DNA of 64,000 nucleotides, from the NCBI GenBank assembly GCA_965644295.1, contig CBFFRP010000141.1, positions 1 through 64,000 of the forward strand, written 5' to 3'. Below the pieces are notes generated by a model. That model saw only the letters and a list, made by a program, of their open reading frames with translations, did no database searches and had not been told where the DNA came from. This DNA comes from Paraphysomonas bandaiensis. Taxonomy: Eukaryota > Protista > Chrysophyceae. The first letter of the stretch is position 1. Each line of letters opens with the position of its first letter. Shown piece after piece: positions 1-12,800 of this stretch. The position numbers and the translations under genes were made by a program.

Positions 1-960
1 ATGAAATTCGCCTTTATCGTGTGTCCGTGGACTCACCGGCGCTTTTGATCTGGGGGTCTCCCTTTGGGATGGGTCTCCAGTGGTTTTGGAGGGGGCTCAG
101 CATTCTGAATTAGGGTCCCGAGTGCACCTAGTTCCAGATGTGTGGGTTGAGAGTGGTGGGATTGCTGGGGAGGAGGAGTTGGGGCTTCTCTAGGCCTGTG
201 CTACTGTGCTCCTGTGGGGCCGCGGGTGTAGATAGAGTTTGTCGAAGCCATCGGCTTTGTGGAGGTCTGGGCAGTCCAGTGCTCTGTCGGGTGGGACCGT
301 GAGGTGTGCACGTGGAGTCGGATACGCTGTGGGGGGTCTTCGTTGGACCCCTAGTAGTCGAAGGACTCTCGGACGTTGTCTTGACTGACTGCGTTTCGGA
401 CGGGGTCTCGGGAGTAGCCTGGGCGGCCTTTGACATGGTGATATAGCGACAACCGCGATCCTGTAACATAAGCTTCGGCTGCAGTGTAAAGCGGTTGCAG
501 GAGATTAATAACCACTGTTTCTAGGTTCCGTAGACTGTGAGCAGTCAGGTGGCTGTGTATGTCATCTCCGAAGACCGTTTCCAGTTGGGCTGCTGTGATG
601 GTTCCAGTCCAGTATCTCTCGACCTGTGGGATGGAGGATTCCAGGCTCTGTTGGAGAGTCTCCGCAGTGCAGATGTGATCCAGTTGGGTAAGGTCTGAGT
701 TCTCTGTATTTCGTGTAGCACATTTTTATGCGATTGAAATGCAGTTTCCCTCTTATTTGGGTGATGGATTCATGTGTGCAGTCGAGGCACATATGTTTTA
801 GGGAATCTAGCTGAAACCCGCAGTCAGAGCATGTGGCTTTGGTCAGGTCAAGCCCCCGTTTGGTTTTGGCCTGGTTCCTCCCTATGCAGAAAGATTTGTC
901 CCATGTCATGCTGTGTTGAGAATTCTTTGTGTGGCGTAGATTTGAGCTGAGGAAACGTGG
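1..960 (-). mobile_element. 5'-truncated, frameshifted non-LTR retrotransposon (LINE-like) 3' fragment; its 3' end lies beyond the window start
   Basis: ORF 562-909 has WDKS..GRNQAK and a CCHC knuckle (CSDC-x7-H-x4-C). ORF 128-469 (MLQDRGCR...) continues in another frame. Both are homologous to the element at 62311-63297 (WDKSCAMGRNQAK..CADC..HMFLTCTH..MLRNRGLR). Confidence 0.7.
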
Positions 961-1520
961 TAAAATTTTTAGAACCCATTAAAATTAAGTTTATAAAAGT
1001 GGCTTGTGATATTTAATTCAGTCGTAGTGTCAGATAAAGATTTAGTTCTAAAGTATTTCATTATATTTTAGATTAGTTTAAGATCAAAACGGTTTCAAAA
1101 TTTACTATCTGACTTGAGTAACTACTAATTGAGAGGTATCCAAATAAAAATAATTGAGATTATTTTTTAAGCATTCAATTTTTGACTGCAGTCAGGCTCG
1201 CGTAACAATGATTGGCTATAATCTGCGTGTGCTATGTGTCACAATGATCGTTGCAGGGGTGCTCAGATTGTTTTGCCAAAGATCTTTGAAATGTTATCAC
1301 TTTTGCGTCACTAGCCTTTATACTGATGATTAATAATGATAAAGTGACTCTGCGCAGTGCACATACACACAAGTGTTTTAATATGTTAACAGAAAACTGG
1401 TTTGTCCTATGATCAGTACCTTTTCAGCTTAAGATGCTATATTACGATTAAGCCTACAAATTATTTGACAATATTTACCAATAATAATAATTGCACTCAC
1501 CGTTTTTACACCAATTAAAT

Positions 1521-1937
1521 GCACATTTTCGTGGTGTTCTGGGGGAGAAGTACCGGAGATATTATGGAGATATTTCTATTTCTCCGAAAAACTAATTAGA
1601 TATTATTCTGCCCAATCATAATCTAATGCTTGTGTAGACATCTTTGGGCCTTGACAAATAAACAGGCATCCGGGAATGGGCCCACCTGAAGGGCATCCGG
1701 GGTATTGGGCTGCCTACTGATGTAGGTTCACCTTAAGGACTCAAAAATCATGAAGTCAGAAGATGTCAGGTATATCAACATTCTGCTTGCTCCCTGCATT
1801 AGCTTTGAGTAATAGAGCAAAAGTGGTCGCACCTTGGTGCTTGTGGTGACACACAAGCAGCTTCGTAGCGTAAAATAGTAGGATAGCAGAGTCAAGCACT
1901 GACTCTCTGAAACGCCAATTGCTAATAATAAGACATT
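1521..1937 (+). mobile_element. Diverged copy of short structured interspersed element 'family A'
   Basis: Aligns by eye to 43164-43645 and 56038-57085 (gcttgtgtagacatctttgggcc...ggcatccgggaatgggcccacctgaaggg...gcaccttggtgcttg). Ends in aataataagacatt. Lacks the first ~20 nt. Confidence 0.75.
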
Positions 1938-2069
1938 GACGACTGCATAGCTGTCATTCTCAGAGGAGCACATATGCTAATTAATGGCGGCATAAAAGAA
2001 CTGAGAGAAAAAGTTGAAGTACATAATATCATATATTATCTCTGTTAAACAAGGTTACGGAAACACTCT

Positions 2070-2302
2070 TTGCAATCTCAAGAGAGGCAAATGCAGCTAT
2101 ATGAGAATATGATATATTACAAAAAGCACAAGTAGCAAGAGGGCAACTTGAAACGCAATAAATACTACTAATAGCAACTATTATTGCGACTGTTTCTTTA
2201 TATTTACCTCTCAGATACAAATTACGGTAAGATAACAATTCAATACTTAGATAAGATACTTGGTGAAATTGCTTTACCTGGTTTTGGTATTTTCTCGACT
2301 TT
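2070..2302 (-). repeat. Dispersed AT-rich repeat 'module B'
   Basis: Reverse complement of 57080-57312 (ggtgaaattgctttacctggttttggtat..ctcgactt; gctatatgagaatatgatat). Confidence 0.75.
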
Positions 2303-2759
2303 AAGTAAACAGCAAACAATTCTCAGCGTAGTCTGATAGTTCCATATAGATTCATCAGTCTATATTACTGAAGGATATTAAATAGTGAAACACCTCATCC
2401 AGTTCTGAGAGACATATTTAAGCGCATTCAGGGCAGGTTAACTTTTTAAGCCCTGACTTGCAAAACCTTGATGCAGGGTGTGACACAGGAGCCGGCGGTA
2501 GTTTGACTGACAACGTGCTGGTTCAGGCATAAGTTGACTAGTCGTTATCTCAGGAAGCAATGTCTACAAAAAGCATGTGCCAAATCTTAAAGATAACAAG
2601 AACTTCTTTTACAGCTACCTGCTGTATTTTGTATAAGCATATGTATGATTGTCAGGATGATGCTCACCAGAACTCACCGTGGTTGAATGTCCCCAATGGA
2701 GAGTACCCCGGGAGGATTAGTACCAGCAGACCTATCGAGACCACTGTGATGGCGATGTA

Positions 2760-3580
2760 AGCCTATGTGTTGTTGATTCCAAAGAGTGATTAGATAAAGA
2801 AATGATAGAACAGTTATCAGACAGGTCACTATATTAATTGGTAGTTTATCGCGTCTAACTAGGGAAATCTGGAGTCGTATCAGTTAATGTGTTATTTGAC
2901 GAGAGTATCCCACCGAAGGGCTAGGATTATTTCAACGGGCTCCAGGCAGCAGTCGTGAAATGTGATCCGAATGTCCATGCGGTGGATGATCTTGTGAATG
3001 AACGTATCTTATTTAGAACCACTCGTAGTAGCTCAAATTGATTTCGGAAACTTGTTACTGCTGGTAGAGGAGATTGAGAAAAAAATGTGAAATATATTGT
3101 GACTATATGACTTCCAACGTAGGCGATACGCAAACCCCGATACTCATGACGATGAGACAGGCGGGTCATTATCGATGCCGGGGCTGGGGAGCACACCCAT
3201 TGAGCGCACAGCGGAAAAGGCGCCAGGAACAAAAAGGTCATTATATATCTTGCCCGAGATAGGTGCTGCAACTGAGTCTAGTGAGACCAGTGTCAAACGA
3301 ACCCGGAGAGTCTTGACTAATGTGTGGACATTGGGTGAGATAAACTTTTTCAGTGAGGAGGAAGTAGTTCAATTAAGTGACTGAGAGCGACACTATACTA
3401 ATGCCAGATGTGTCCCAGGATAGGGAGCCAGAAACGTATAAGGACAACGAGGCTAAAGGATAAAGGAGGGAGCGAGGGTCGACATCGAGGGCGCAATGCC
3501 CTATTCCAACGTGATGTATTCCTTGTTGTGAAAACTTCTGGAGTTCAGCCAATCAAGTTTCGATATGTGCTCAAATTCAA
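2760..3580 (+). mobile_element. Highly degraded Ty1/Copia pol relic (post-integrase region to start of RT)
   Basis: Stop-riddled translation similar to the 35.1-36.1 kb relic: VNVLFDESIP vs VHVLFDVSVP, and RRVLTNVWTLGE vs PRVVTNVSVVGE. Confidence 0.6.
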
Positions 3581-3825
3581 ACAGAACTACAACAAGGATT
3601 CGTCATCCCTCTTACAATCAACATTGTAGACTGTAGACCCCAGTTGCCGTCGTATAGCATCGAATAATACACTATAATTCAATTTTGCAGCAACCTACAA
3701 CGTTCATCATGCACTTATTAATCATTATTTTTAATATTAGTTTCATGATTATTTCTTCTGAGCTGCACATTATTGTCTATACTAAACATTATTGCATCAC
3801 TACAATATCTTAAATACTACACACA

Positions 3826-6800
3826 CTAGTTCGTTGTGCAAAGTAGAGCTACGCCACGGAGGATCCAATGTAGGGGACGCCTATCTCTCGAAGGAAGATG
3901 AGCAATGAATACGAGATACTTATCTGTCCGGACTGGATACTTGTAAACTGGGCAATCATACCCCCCATATGGTCCGTAATCTCCTGTCATTGATTTCTTT
4001 GCAGCTTTAGTTACCGCTGACACATGTAGTATTGGAAGAGCGGCAAAAAGCTTTTTCGGAACACTTTCTGTGATAGAATTCTCTTTACTACTCCACGCAG
4101 CACCATCCATATATAGCCCATTAACATATACTCCCTCCTGGTGAAACGTAAATTACGTATATATTACACGACAGCATGCGAAAATACCTTTGGAGGTCCC
4201 CTGACAGAATCCGCACTATCTATATCTGTTACCTCAGCATGTAGAACGACAGAGTCGAGAGCCCAGTTCTCGTGCTTATGGGCTCGGGTTATTTCCTGTT
4301 GCACAGCTGTCATAAAACCTTGAGGATTGAAGAAGCCTGTAACCCAAAAAGAATGGGGGCGTCCGTTTTTAAGCCACATGCGATACTGCTCATCTCTCAT
4401 CAATAAACTGCCGTACCATATTCCTAAATTAGGAGCCAGCCAAGATAGCTCATCCCCCGCAGGACTACAATCCATATTAATATATATAAGTTACATGGGA
4501 AAGAACGTACCTGTATAACCACAGTTTGGGAACTCTTGCATCAAATACAGCATTAATAGAGTCCATAATTTCTGATGTTACAACTACTTCGCCTTTGATC
4601 GCTTGCATAACAATAACCAATGTACTTCGAACCTTCTCGATTGCCATCTGAAGACGCTGAACTTCTTGGAAGAGGAAAATGTTAAGTGGAATTTCATACC
4701 CTCCCATTCCAGCAATGGACTCTTCATATTGGTCCTCCACGTAATCAGCTGGAATAATCCCCATGAGTTCATCGCACTTTGCAAGAACCACTTCTTCGCG
4801 GGTTTTCCCTCCGCTAACTGCTCCAGATTGCTTTGGCTGAGTCTCCAGAATTGTGTCCAGCAGTTGATTAACTTCCTTGAAACGGAAAGTGAGGTCTGCA
4901 TTTGGATGAAGCCCCAGAACCTCAGGCGGATCTGCCTCAGGAAACTTTTGAATATAGCTGAAGTAGTCATCAATCTCCTGGTAGTCTGATATTTTGTAGG
5001 TAAAGTTATTCGGCATTCTGCTCAATGGATTCTCAGGATTGAATGAGAAGTTAGGTGTCAGGGTTACTGGTGACAGCCACGCCTCTGTGTATGCCACAAA
5101 GAGGCGCCTATCTAAATCATCTGTAATTCTACCGCCATATTGAACTTCACCAACCATATATTGTAGAGTCGACCACGACAGAGTTGTCTGCTCCAGATGT
5201 TTCTCCAAGAAAGTAATCGTTGCGTTGAGATCGCCATCGTTGAATTCATACGGAACACACCAACCCAACGGTCCAAACTTTCGCCTTTCTTGCACCACAC
5301 TGTGCGTAAAGCACAATGCAAAGAGCAAAGTGCGCCAAGTTGGTGTCTCGATTCTATCGATACGATCCTGGTCAATTATAACAGTGTACGATCGTTGCAA
5401 CCCGGCCTTCAGACCCTTTGGTGGCTCATTGGTAACTTTGGTTGACATTTGAAGCAGACCAATCGGAAATTGAGGATGTGGGTCAGTGGTGAGAAACAAG
5501 CGGAAGTCTACGCTACATCCACTCTCAGGTGATTTTAATTTGACGAGAAGGTCTTCTAGAGTCACCATAAAGTCAAGTCCGAGATGACAGTTTTGCAATA
5601 ACACCCACGAGCCTACAGATGTGGCCTGATTAATAGCTCTCTGGGCAACGACATCCTGCCCCTCTCCCATACTGACACACTCAACGCCCCGTCGCTTTCT
5701 TCGTGCCAAAGTCTCAATAGAATCCGTGGGGTCAGCTCCAGCGGAGAGTAGGAAAATTATGGGGGTGTAATAATCCATTTCTTTGAGTAATGAATCAGCA
5801 GTATCCGCCACAGGTTCGACATAGCGCACACCCATAACAGGCTGCTTGGCGCCATTAACTTCAATGTGATCTGTTTTCCTGATGAAATCATTGACAGCTA
5901 AGAGTGTACGGTCTTCACGTAAGCAGCGAACAATAAGTAGTCGGTTGAAATTTCCAACAACTTCCTCTTCGTTTGCAAATTGAGATTCCATACCAGGAAG
6001 TGGGCTTTTTTCAGGCTCGTTTTCATTGTACCACCCCGACCACGCATTTTCAGAGCGCTCTAATTCTTCTGCAAGGGTGCTAAACTGCGGCATCGTAATT
6101 CCCAGCTGATGTACATTTAGCCACGCTTCATTACTAGCCCAAGACACGGATTTCGTAGGAACTTGGTTAATATTCAATGCCCCACCTCCTCTTAGGAATA
6201 AAGATACACACTTTGGATCAAGCTTACTGGCAGTGAGAAGTATTTTGAACATAATTATGAGCTTAAAACTTGTTTTGTCTCGCTCGTACAATCCACGGTT
6301 GATATAACGGTATATAACATAGGTCATCGACTCGATAATATTGGTAACACGTTTACTTGGAAGTGAGGCCTTCTCTGCGATGTCCATAGACTTATCAAAC
6401 TGCATCTGAAATTGATCCAAACTGGTCTGATACATGCAGTTCACATTCGACATATCAACAATCGAAAAATAGAGAACGCTGCCACGTGTAGCCACTGGAC
6501 GGTACTGCTCACGCTTGTCATTAATATTTTTGCGCATATCAGCAGCAGCATTGAGTTTTTCTTTCACGTCTGTTGCTTTTGACTTCGTATCTGCTAATAC
6601 AACAATGAGCTCTTCATCGTCCAGTAGATTTCCAGTGTTTTCTGTTAATCTTTCCAACAACAATTGATCAAGTTGAATAAGTGCTTTCGTATTCCCAGTG
6701 ACGTCCTCCAAAACATTCTTAAGCATCTCTTCCAAGGAACGTTGCTCTTTTTGAATGACTCTTCCAAGCAGCTGCTCCTCAAGACCCTTCTGGGTCACAG

Positions 6801-9800
6801 TGAAGTCGACAATAGTACACTTCGATTGGTCTTCAGGACTGAAGTGTGGGTTCGCTAAACGTGTACACATGTAAAGCGTGAATTCATCCACATAATCACA
6901 CATTTTCCCAGAAATAGAAATATATTTCGACTTCGCCTTTACTACAACTTGCTTTTCTAGAACAGGTGTTATGACAGGATCCAACTCTTCCTCGACACCT
7001 GTCACAATACACGCCTTGCCCTCTGCCATACAATATTCAAGTTGCTCTCGGAACCGCGGCTGATTAAATGATGTCGTGCCAAACGAAGGCATGCGCTGTT
7101 CTTCGTGATTAATAATCCAATTAATTGCTTGTCCTTGCGGATCAATGAGAAGAGGATATCGCGAACTTCTCGTTACCAATATTCCGTTTTGAATCGACAA
7201 CGGGTCTGTTGGAAGACCCTCCAAATTCCAATCACCAATTGTTCCGACGTCCACCAAGAAGCTCGTTAAATCCAAAGAGTGAGACATAGGAATCTGTCGC
7301 TCACGCAGATCAGCAAAGAGTCTTACTCCCACAAGGTAATCCCTAAAGTCCTGATTAAATGGGCCACAATAGGCAACGAAGGCGCATGCTCGTGCAACAT
7401 CCCCAACTAATCTAGTTTTAATATTCGCAAATTCCTCACTATCATTGTTCCAGCGCTCCCGTTCTCCAGCCAGCCCACTAATAAGGGCTGTCGCTTGCTC
7501 CATTCTCTTTTTCGTGTTTGCAGCATTCTCTTCAATAGCCCTCTTAGTAGCTATTTGTTTATCAAAGTCGGCTTGTAGTCCTGCAAGTACATCTTGACAA
7601 GCTCGTAGTCTCATCTCTGCCCGGCCCAAATCTCTTTCAGCGTCTCGTAAGCGAGCTTCTGCAACGCGCAATGCTTCCAACTTGGGTTTGACAATTTTAG
7701 ACGCCTCATGGTAGTCTGCCATTGCGCGGCACCAAGTGCACAGTCCTTCCGCAGCACGGGACGCATTTCGAGCAACTACCGCGTTGAATTCCTCCAGTTC
7801 CAGGTATGGAGCCATTAATTCTACGGTCTCGTCATTGATGAAATCCTTCTCAAACTTCGAAAAGTGGAATATACTCTGCAAAAATCTGGCATCAGAAAGC
7901 ATTCCACCCATAGCAATCTTGTAGCTATCTTTGAGAAAATTGAACGTTCGTTTATCTTTTCCAATACCTAGACTTACTTCAGCTATTTCCACTCGACCTA
8001 GTTTCTCCATTTTTAAGACTGAGACACAATCGAATATGAGCTTTATTATATCACTTGGTTTTCCTAACTTCTTCAGCTCATTCAAGTCATTCGGCTTAAT
8101 TGAGGTTGCAGCGCGTTCAGCTTCGTCCAAAAACGGTTGGGCCTTCGCCAAATCTTCTTCGCACTCCCCCTTTTCCCCAGAAATTCTTTCCGCATCGGCT
8201 TCGCAAGCTTCTTTCACTTTCGCAACAGCGTCTGCTTCTTTTTTGGCTTCCATCGAGCTCACCTCTAACTTACTTAACATTTCGTTTGTTGCTTCTTCAG
8301 CAACTTGCAGCTTCACTTCTTCTTCTGCCAACACAATCTTCATCCTCTCGACGTCTTTGGCACCAGAAGCGAGTTTTTCCAGTCCTATTTCAACTCTACT
8401 GGCCTTATCTACTATTTCCTGACATTTGGTAGAGTACATGCATGAGTAGTCATTAAGGAAAGAGAGAAACGACTTCGGGGTCTGGTACACGTGTCTTCTC
8501 ATCTTCTGGAAGTACTCTTCACAGCTATCCATCACAATCTTGTGAGTAATTCCCATGTGGGTAATAATTTCTTGTTTGATGGCATCTGTGCAATCAAGTG
8601 TCATTTCTTTGATATACCCAGTGCTGACGGCTACAAGGGCTTCAGCAGGCCACGCCAAGAACCAATCTATTGTACATCCTGCTACAATTCCAGGAAATCT
8701 TCTCGCCCTCTCCGGAAACTTTGCGCTTACTGGAGACATACATAGTGCCATGTGCAAATTACTTCGCACACGATCAATGAAAAATTTCACTAAATTGTCC
8801 GGAGTATCCTCAAAATCGGGAATCTGCTTGATGGCAAGAGACCGCAACTCCGCAGCCATGACAATAAGCTCATCCTTAGGAAACAAATTTGGCACTTCGC
8901 CGGTGGTCAACACTGAATTTATTATCTCCAGGAAGGACTCATCTTTGATCTCAGCCTCAGTAAACAGAAACGTTGTTCTTTGGCCCTGGCAACCGCACGC
9001 TTTATACAGCATTCGCAAATCATCCAATAGACTGTTCATGTTGTATGACTTTGAGATACTAATTTGAAACAGCTGGTAATTAGAACAGTACGATGCTAAC
9101 TTCGTGAGACTTTGCTTGCCGCTTCCCCCAACTCCAACAAAGAGGATGCTACCTTTTGGCATGCCCAAACAGCGTGAGATACGCATTAAGTGCTTCATAG
9201 CGTCATCAAACAAGATCAAATTCATCTGTTTGGCCGGATGCGCCTCGTTATATCGGTGAAGGAAAGTTTCAACTCTTTCCCGCAACGAATCTAGCGAACC
9301 ACCAAGTTCATAGACCAAGGGGGCTTCAGCAACTAGGACACCGTCATCATCATACTCATCATCGCGCAAAAAATCCACAAAATACTGCGGCTCTATCAAC
9401 TCTTCGTATGTATACTTGCTTTCATCAACGACAGAGGTTGTTGAAAGGTCTGGAGCAGGCTTTGTCTTCAGCTGACTGCTTCCCAATCGTTTTGGAGGAG
9501 CTGAAGATTTCGACCGCGACTTGGAGTCAGCCTGAGGTTTATCCATAGGAATATCCAACAAATTCTGAGTGCATTCATTCAGCTGATCCATGAAGCGACT
9601 CTTGTCATCAAGAGTCGTCAACTTGTCACAAAATACTCTTTCACACTCATGCCTCCAAAGCATCAAAAATGTCTTTGCATTCGGAACACTTGAACGGGGC
9701 GTTCGTAATATCCCTTGAAACACACGGCTCAGCTCTCTTAAATTGAAAAGGTAATGAAACTTGCTAGGAGATGGTAACATTTTCGCTCGCATCCACGTCC

Positions 9801-12800
9801 ATAACTGCACAGATACGCTGGGAAGATGCTTCACAAAGTGGGCGAAGTCCTGTGGTACATTAACAAACCTTCCTGCAAGCATTTGGCCATATATTTCGTT
9901 GATAGCTTTATGAGAGGGAAGATTCATATTGAATATGAAAAAATGTCGCTTTAGGCGATTAGGAATATCTTGTCTACCCCCACCAGGATGGCCCATTGCG
10001 GCAACATACATCAGATCTTCAATGTGCTTTAAATCCCCTCTTTTATCTTTATCTAAGAAACAAAACCCTGAGGTTTCAACTAGTTGCCGCACAAGCTCAA
10101 GAGTAGGTTGATCTCCCCACATGTTCTTTTCTGGCATACTCAAGTCATCCATAAAGACAGTCATTCTCTTTCCACCAGGAGGCCCGAAAGACTTTCCTCC
10201 GCGCTTGTCCAACTCTGACTCGAGGGTCTGTTGAAACATCGCAGGAGATGTCGCAGATGAAAAGCACACCTTTTTCACTTTGAAGTCATCCCGCTCTTTC
10301 TGAACTTCCGAAAAAAACATGAGGGCTGTTGACGTCTTAGCAGTGCCCCCACTGCCGGTCATTAGCGAGCTGCGCCCTTGCATATGCATCTGACGGAGCA
10401 GAAAACTTGCACGAGTCGTATCTACAGTGGGAACAAGCATACTCGAAAAGTCTGGCTCCTCTAGCATTGCTGGATACGACCAAGCTGGTGCCACCCACTT
10501 ATCCCACTCCATAGAGTCAGGATTGATGCGGTAATCGAAAAGATCTTCGTCTTCATTTTGAAAGTTTGGCAGCAAGTTCTTATCTGATTCAGTTAGAGAC
10601 ATTAAGTACTGGCAAAACTTGTTTCTATCTTCGACCTCCAATAAACCTCCAACAGACCAAGTAACCGCGTAGAGAAATAGCCGTTCTACTTCTTGCTGTA
10701 ATTCCTCGTGATTAGTCGCAAGATCTGCGCCCGTCAACAGTGCGTCGAGTAAATCACAACAACCAGTAATGATGCCCACTCGGGATGCTTGCATCACAGG
10801 TTTGCAAACTTTAGTAATAAATTGAAATAGATGACCGAAACTTTTTGGCCCTGAGCATGATCCTACGTATTTCAAAAAGCAAGCCTGGAATATTTGGGCT
10901 AAATTGGGGTTCTTGTCCTGTAACCAGGACTGGAGTACTGGCTCCCAGTCTAGATCGCTGTCTGACACAAATATAATGCCAGCTCGAGAAACAGTAGCTG
11001 GCGAAGCGTTGCGAAGGTCTTCCACTTCGAACATAAGCTTAACGTTATCAGTCATAGGGATTCTATCTCCATTGGCGAGAGTCAATATTTTATTGTCATC
11101 CAAAACAGTGTTCAAATTCTCAATCCACAAAGCATCAACAGGACCATCACATATTATCCACTGAATATCTTTTCTGTTACGATCATTGAACTTAGCCCAC
11201 ATTGTCGCGAAAATACCGTCTAACCACTCCCCAGACAACTTATCCGTCTCTCCAAACATTTCCTCTGCCCTTATGGCCTTTGGATTCATTCGAGACCTTT
11301 TGTGACTAATTCCAGTTGTAACAGACAGAGAGTCTTGAAGACAGGATATAATTTTACTCTTTCCTGCACCGGCTGGGCCAACCATCATGATACCATGTCT
11401 TACAAGAGTTGTTTCATACAGCTGAATCACTTTAATGCTCCAAGATGGATGCAATATCAAATTCGCATTTTTAACAGCAGTTTGAAGGGCATCTTTGAGC
11501 TCATTGTGCTGAACTCCGGCTGGAATTCCAAGCGCGGGAAAAAGGTCTGATATAAGCGACAAAAATAATGGAACATCTTGAGCCACTAACTTCGAAAGAT
11601 TCATATCTCGCAAGGTGCTCATGAGAACAACCTCCTCAGGGTCTTTGGGTTTGTCGCGCTTCGTCTGTCCAGCTGTACGTAGAACCGACAAAATGTTACG
11701 CAAACCAAAATCATAGTGCTTCTGTTGCGATAGCTGTTGTTCACATAGATGATACAACACTGCAAACTTTCTAGCTAGTTCGGAAAAACCTTGGTATCCG
11801 ACAGAGCATAACTTGACCTTTATGATAATTTCCTTGTCCGGGACCATCATAGCAACCCCTCTAAACAGAGCTTTAAGGTTCTCTGGGAGCTCTTGTCTAC
11901 CTTGGTAACCTGGATTCATTGTGATGAAGTATCCAACTTGATCATTGAGGTAAATTTCTTGACTATCTCCAGGGAAAGTAAAACTATGTGAACTATTTCT
12001 CTTTGCATTCGTGATAGCGAGGATTTGCTGGGCGACAACAGAGAGTACAGGTAATTCAATTCTATTGAACTCATCAAAGCAGCCCCATAGACCAGCCTGA
12101 CAGAGTCCCTTAAAAATTCGCGCCATGTCCGTATATCGTTGTTGGTCTGTGCAGTTAGTCACAACGACAAACACACCAATCGCTCTTCCAAGATCTTTAA
12201 CTGTTTCAGTTTTGCCTGTACCGGCTGGACCAGCTGGGGCTCCCCCAAGACACATACCCATCGCTTGTGACAGAGTTATGAAACATCTATCCGTCAGAGG
12301 GGTGATAACCAATCTTTCTTTGCACCCTAGATACTCAAAACCATACTTGTAGTCAACATCACATATAGATATCACGCATGCACCATTTCCATGAATATCG
12401 GAATTTTGGTTTTGCCATGTGAAGCGGCACTGCTTAAGCCATTCGAAATCATTAGCATCACTAAGTTTTCGCTCTTTGAACATCTTCAACAAGTCCGCAA
12501 ACACATCTCTCTGATGAACTTGAATGGTAACCAAGGTTTCAACTTTAATTCGGTTCATGCGGGTACCGAGATCCTCTAGACACCACGATGACAGCTCTTG
12601 TAAAACAGACAACTGTACACGACTGTTTTCCAACATAGCAGCTTTGTTTTGCTTCGCTTTTGACAATGCTTCGTGACATTGAGCTGTCCAGCTCAGCTGC
12701 AGTCCAAGTAGAGCAAATTGTCCACACGTATCGTTAACGAATGCGCGTAACTGTTTCGACATGCATTCCATTGCGCATATTTCGCATAAATTCTTCATTG

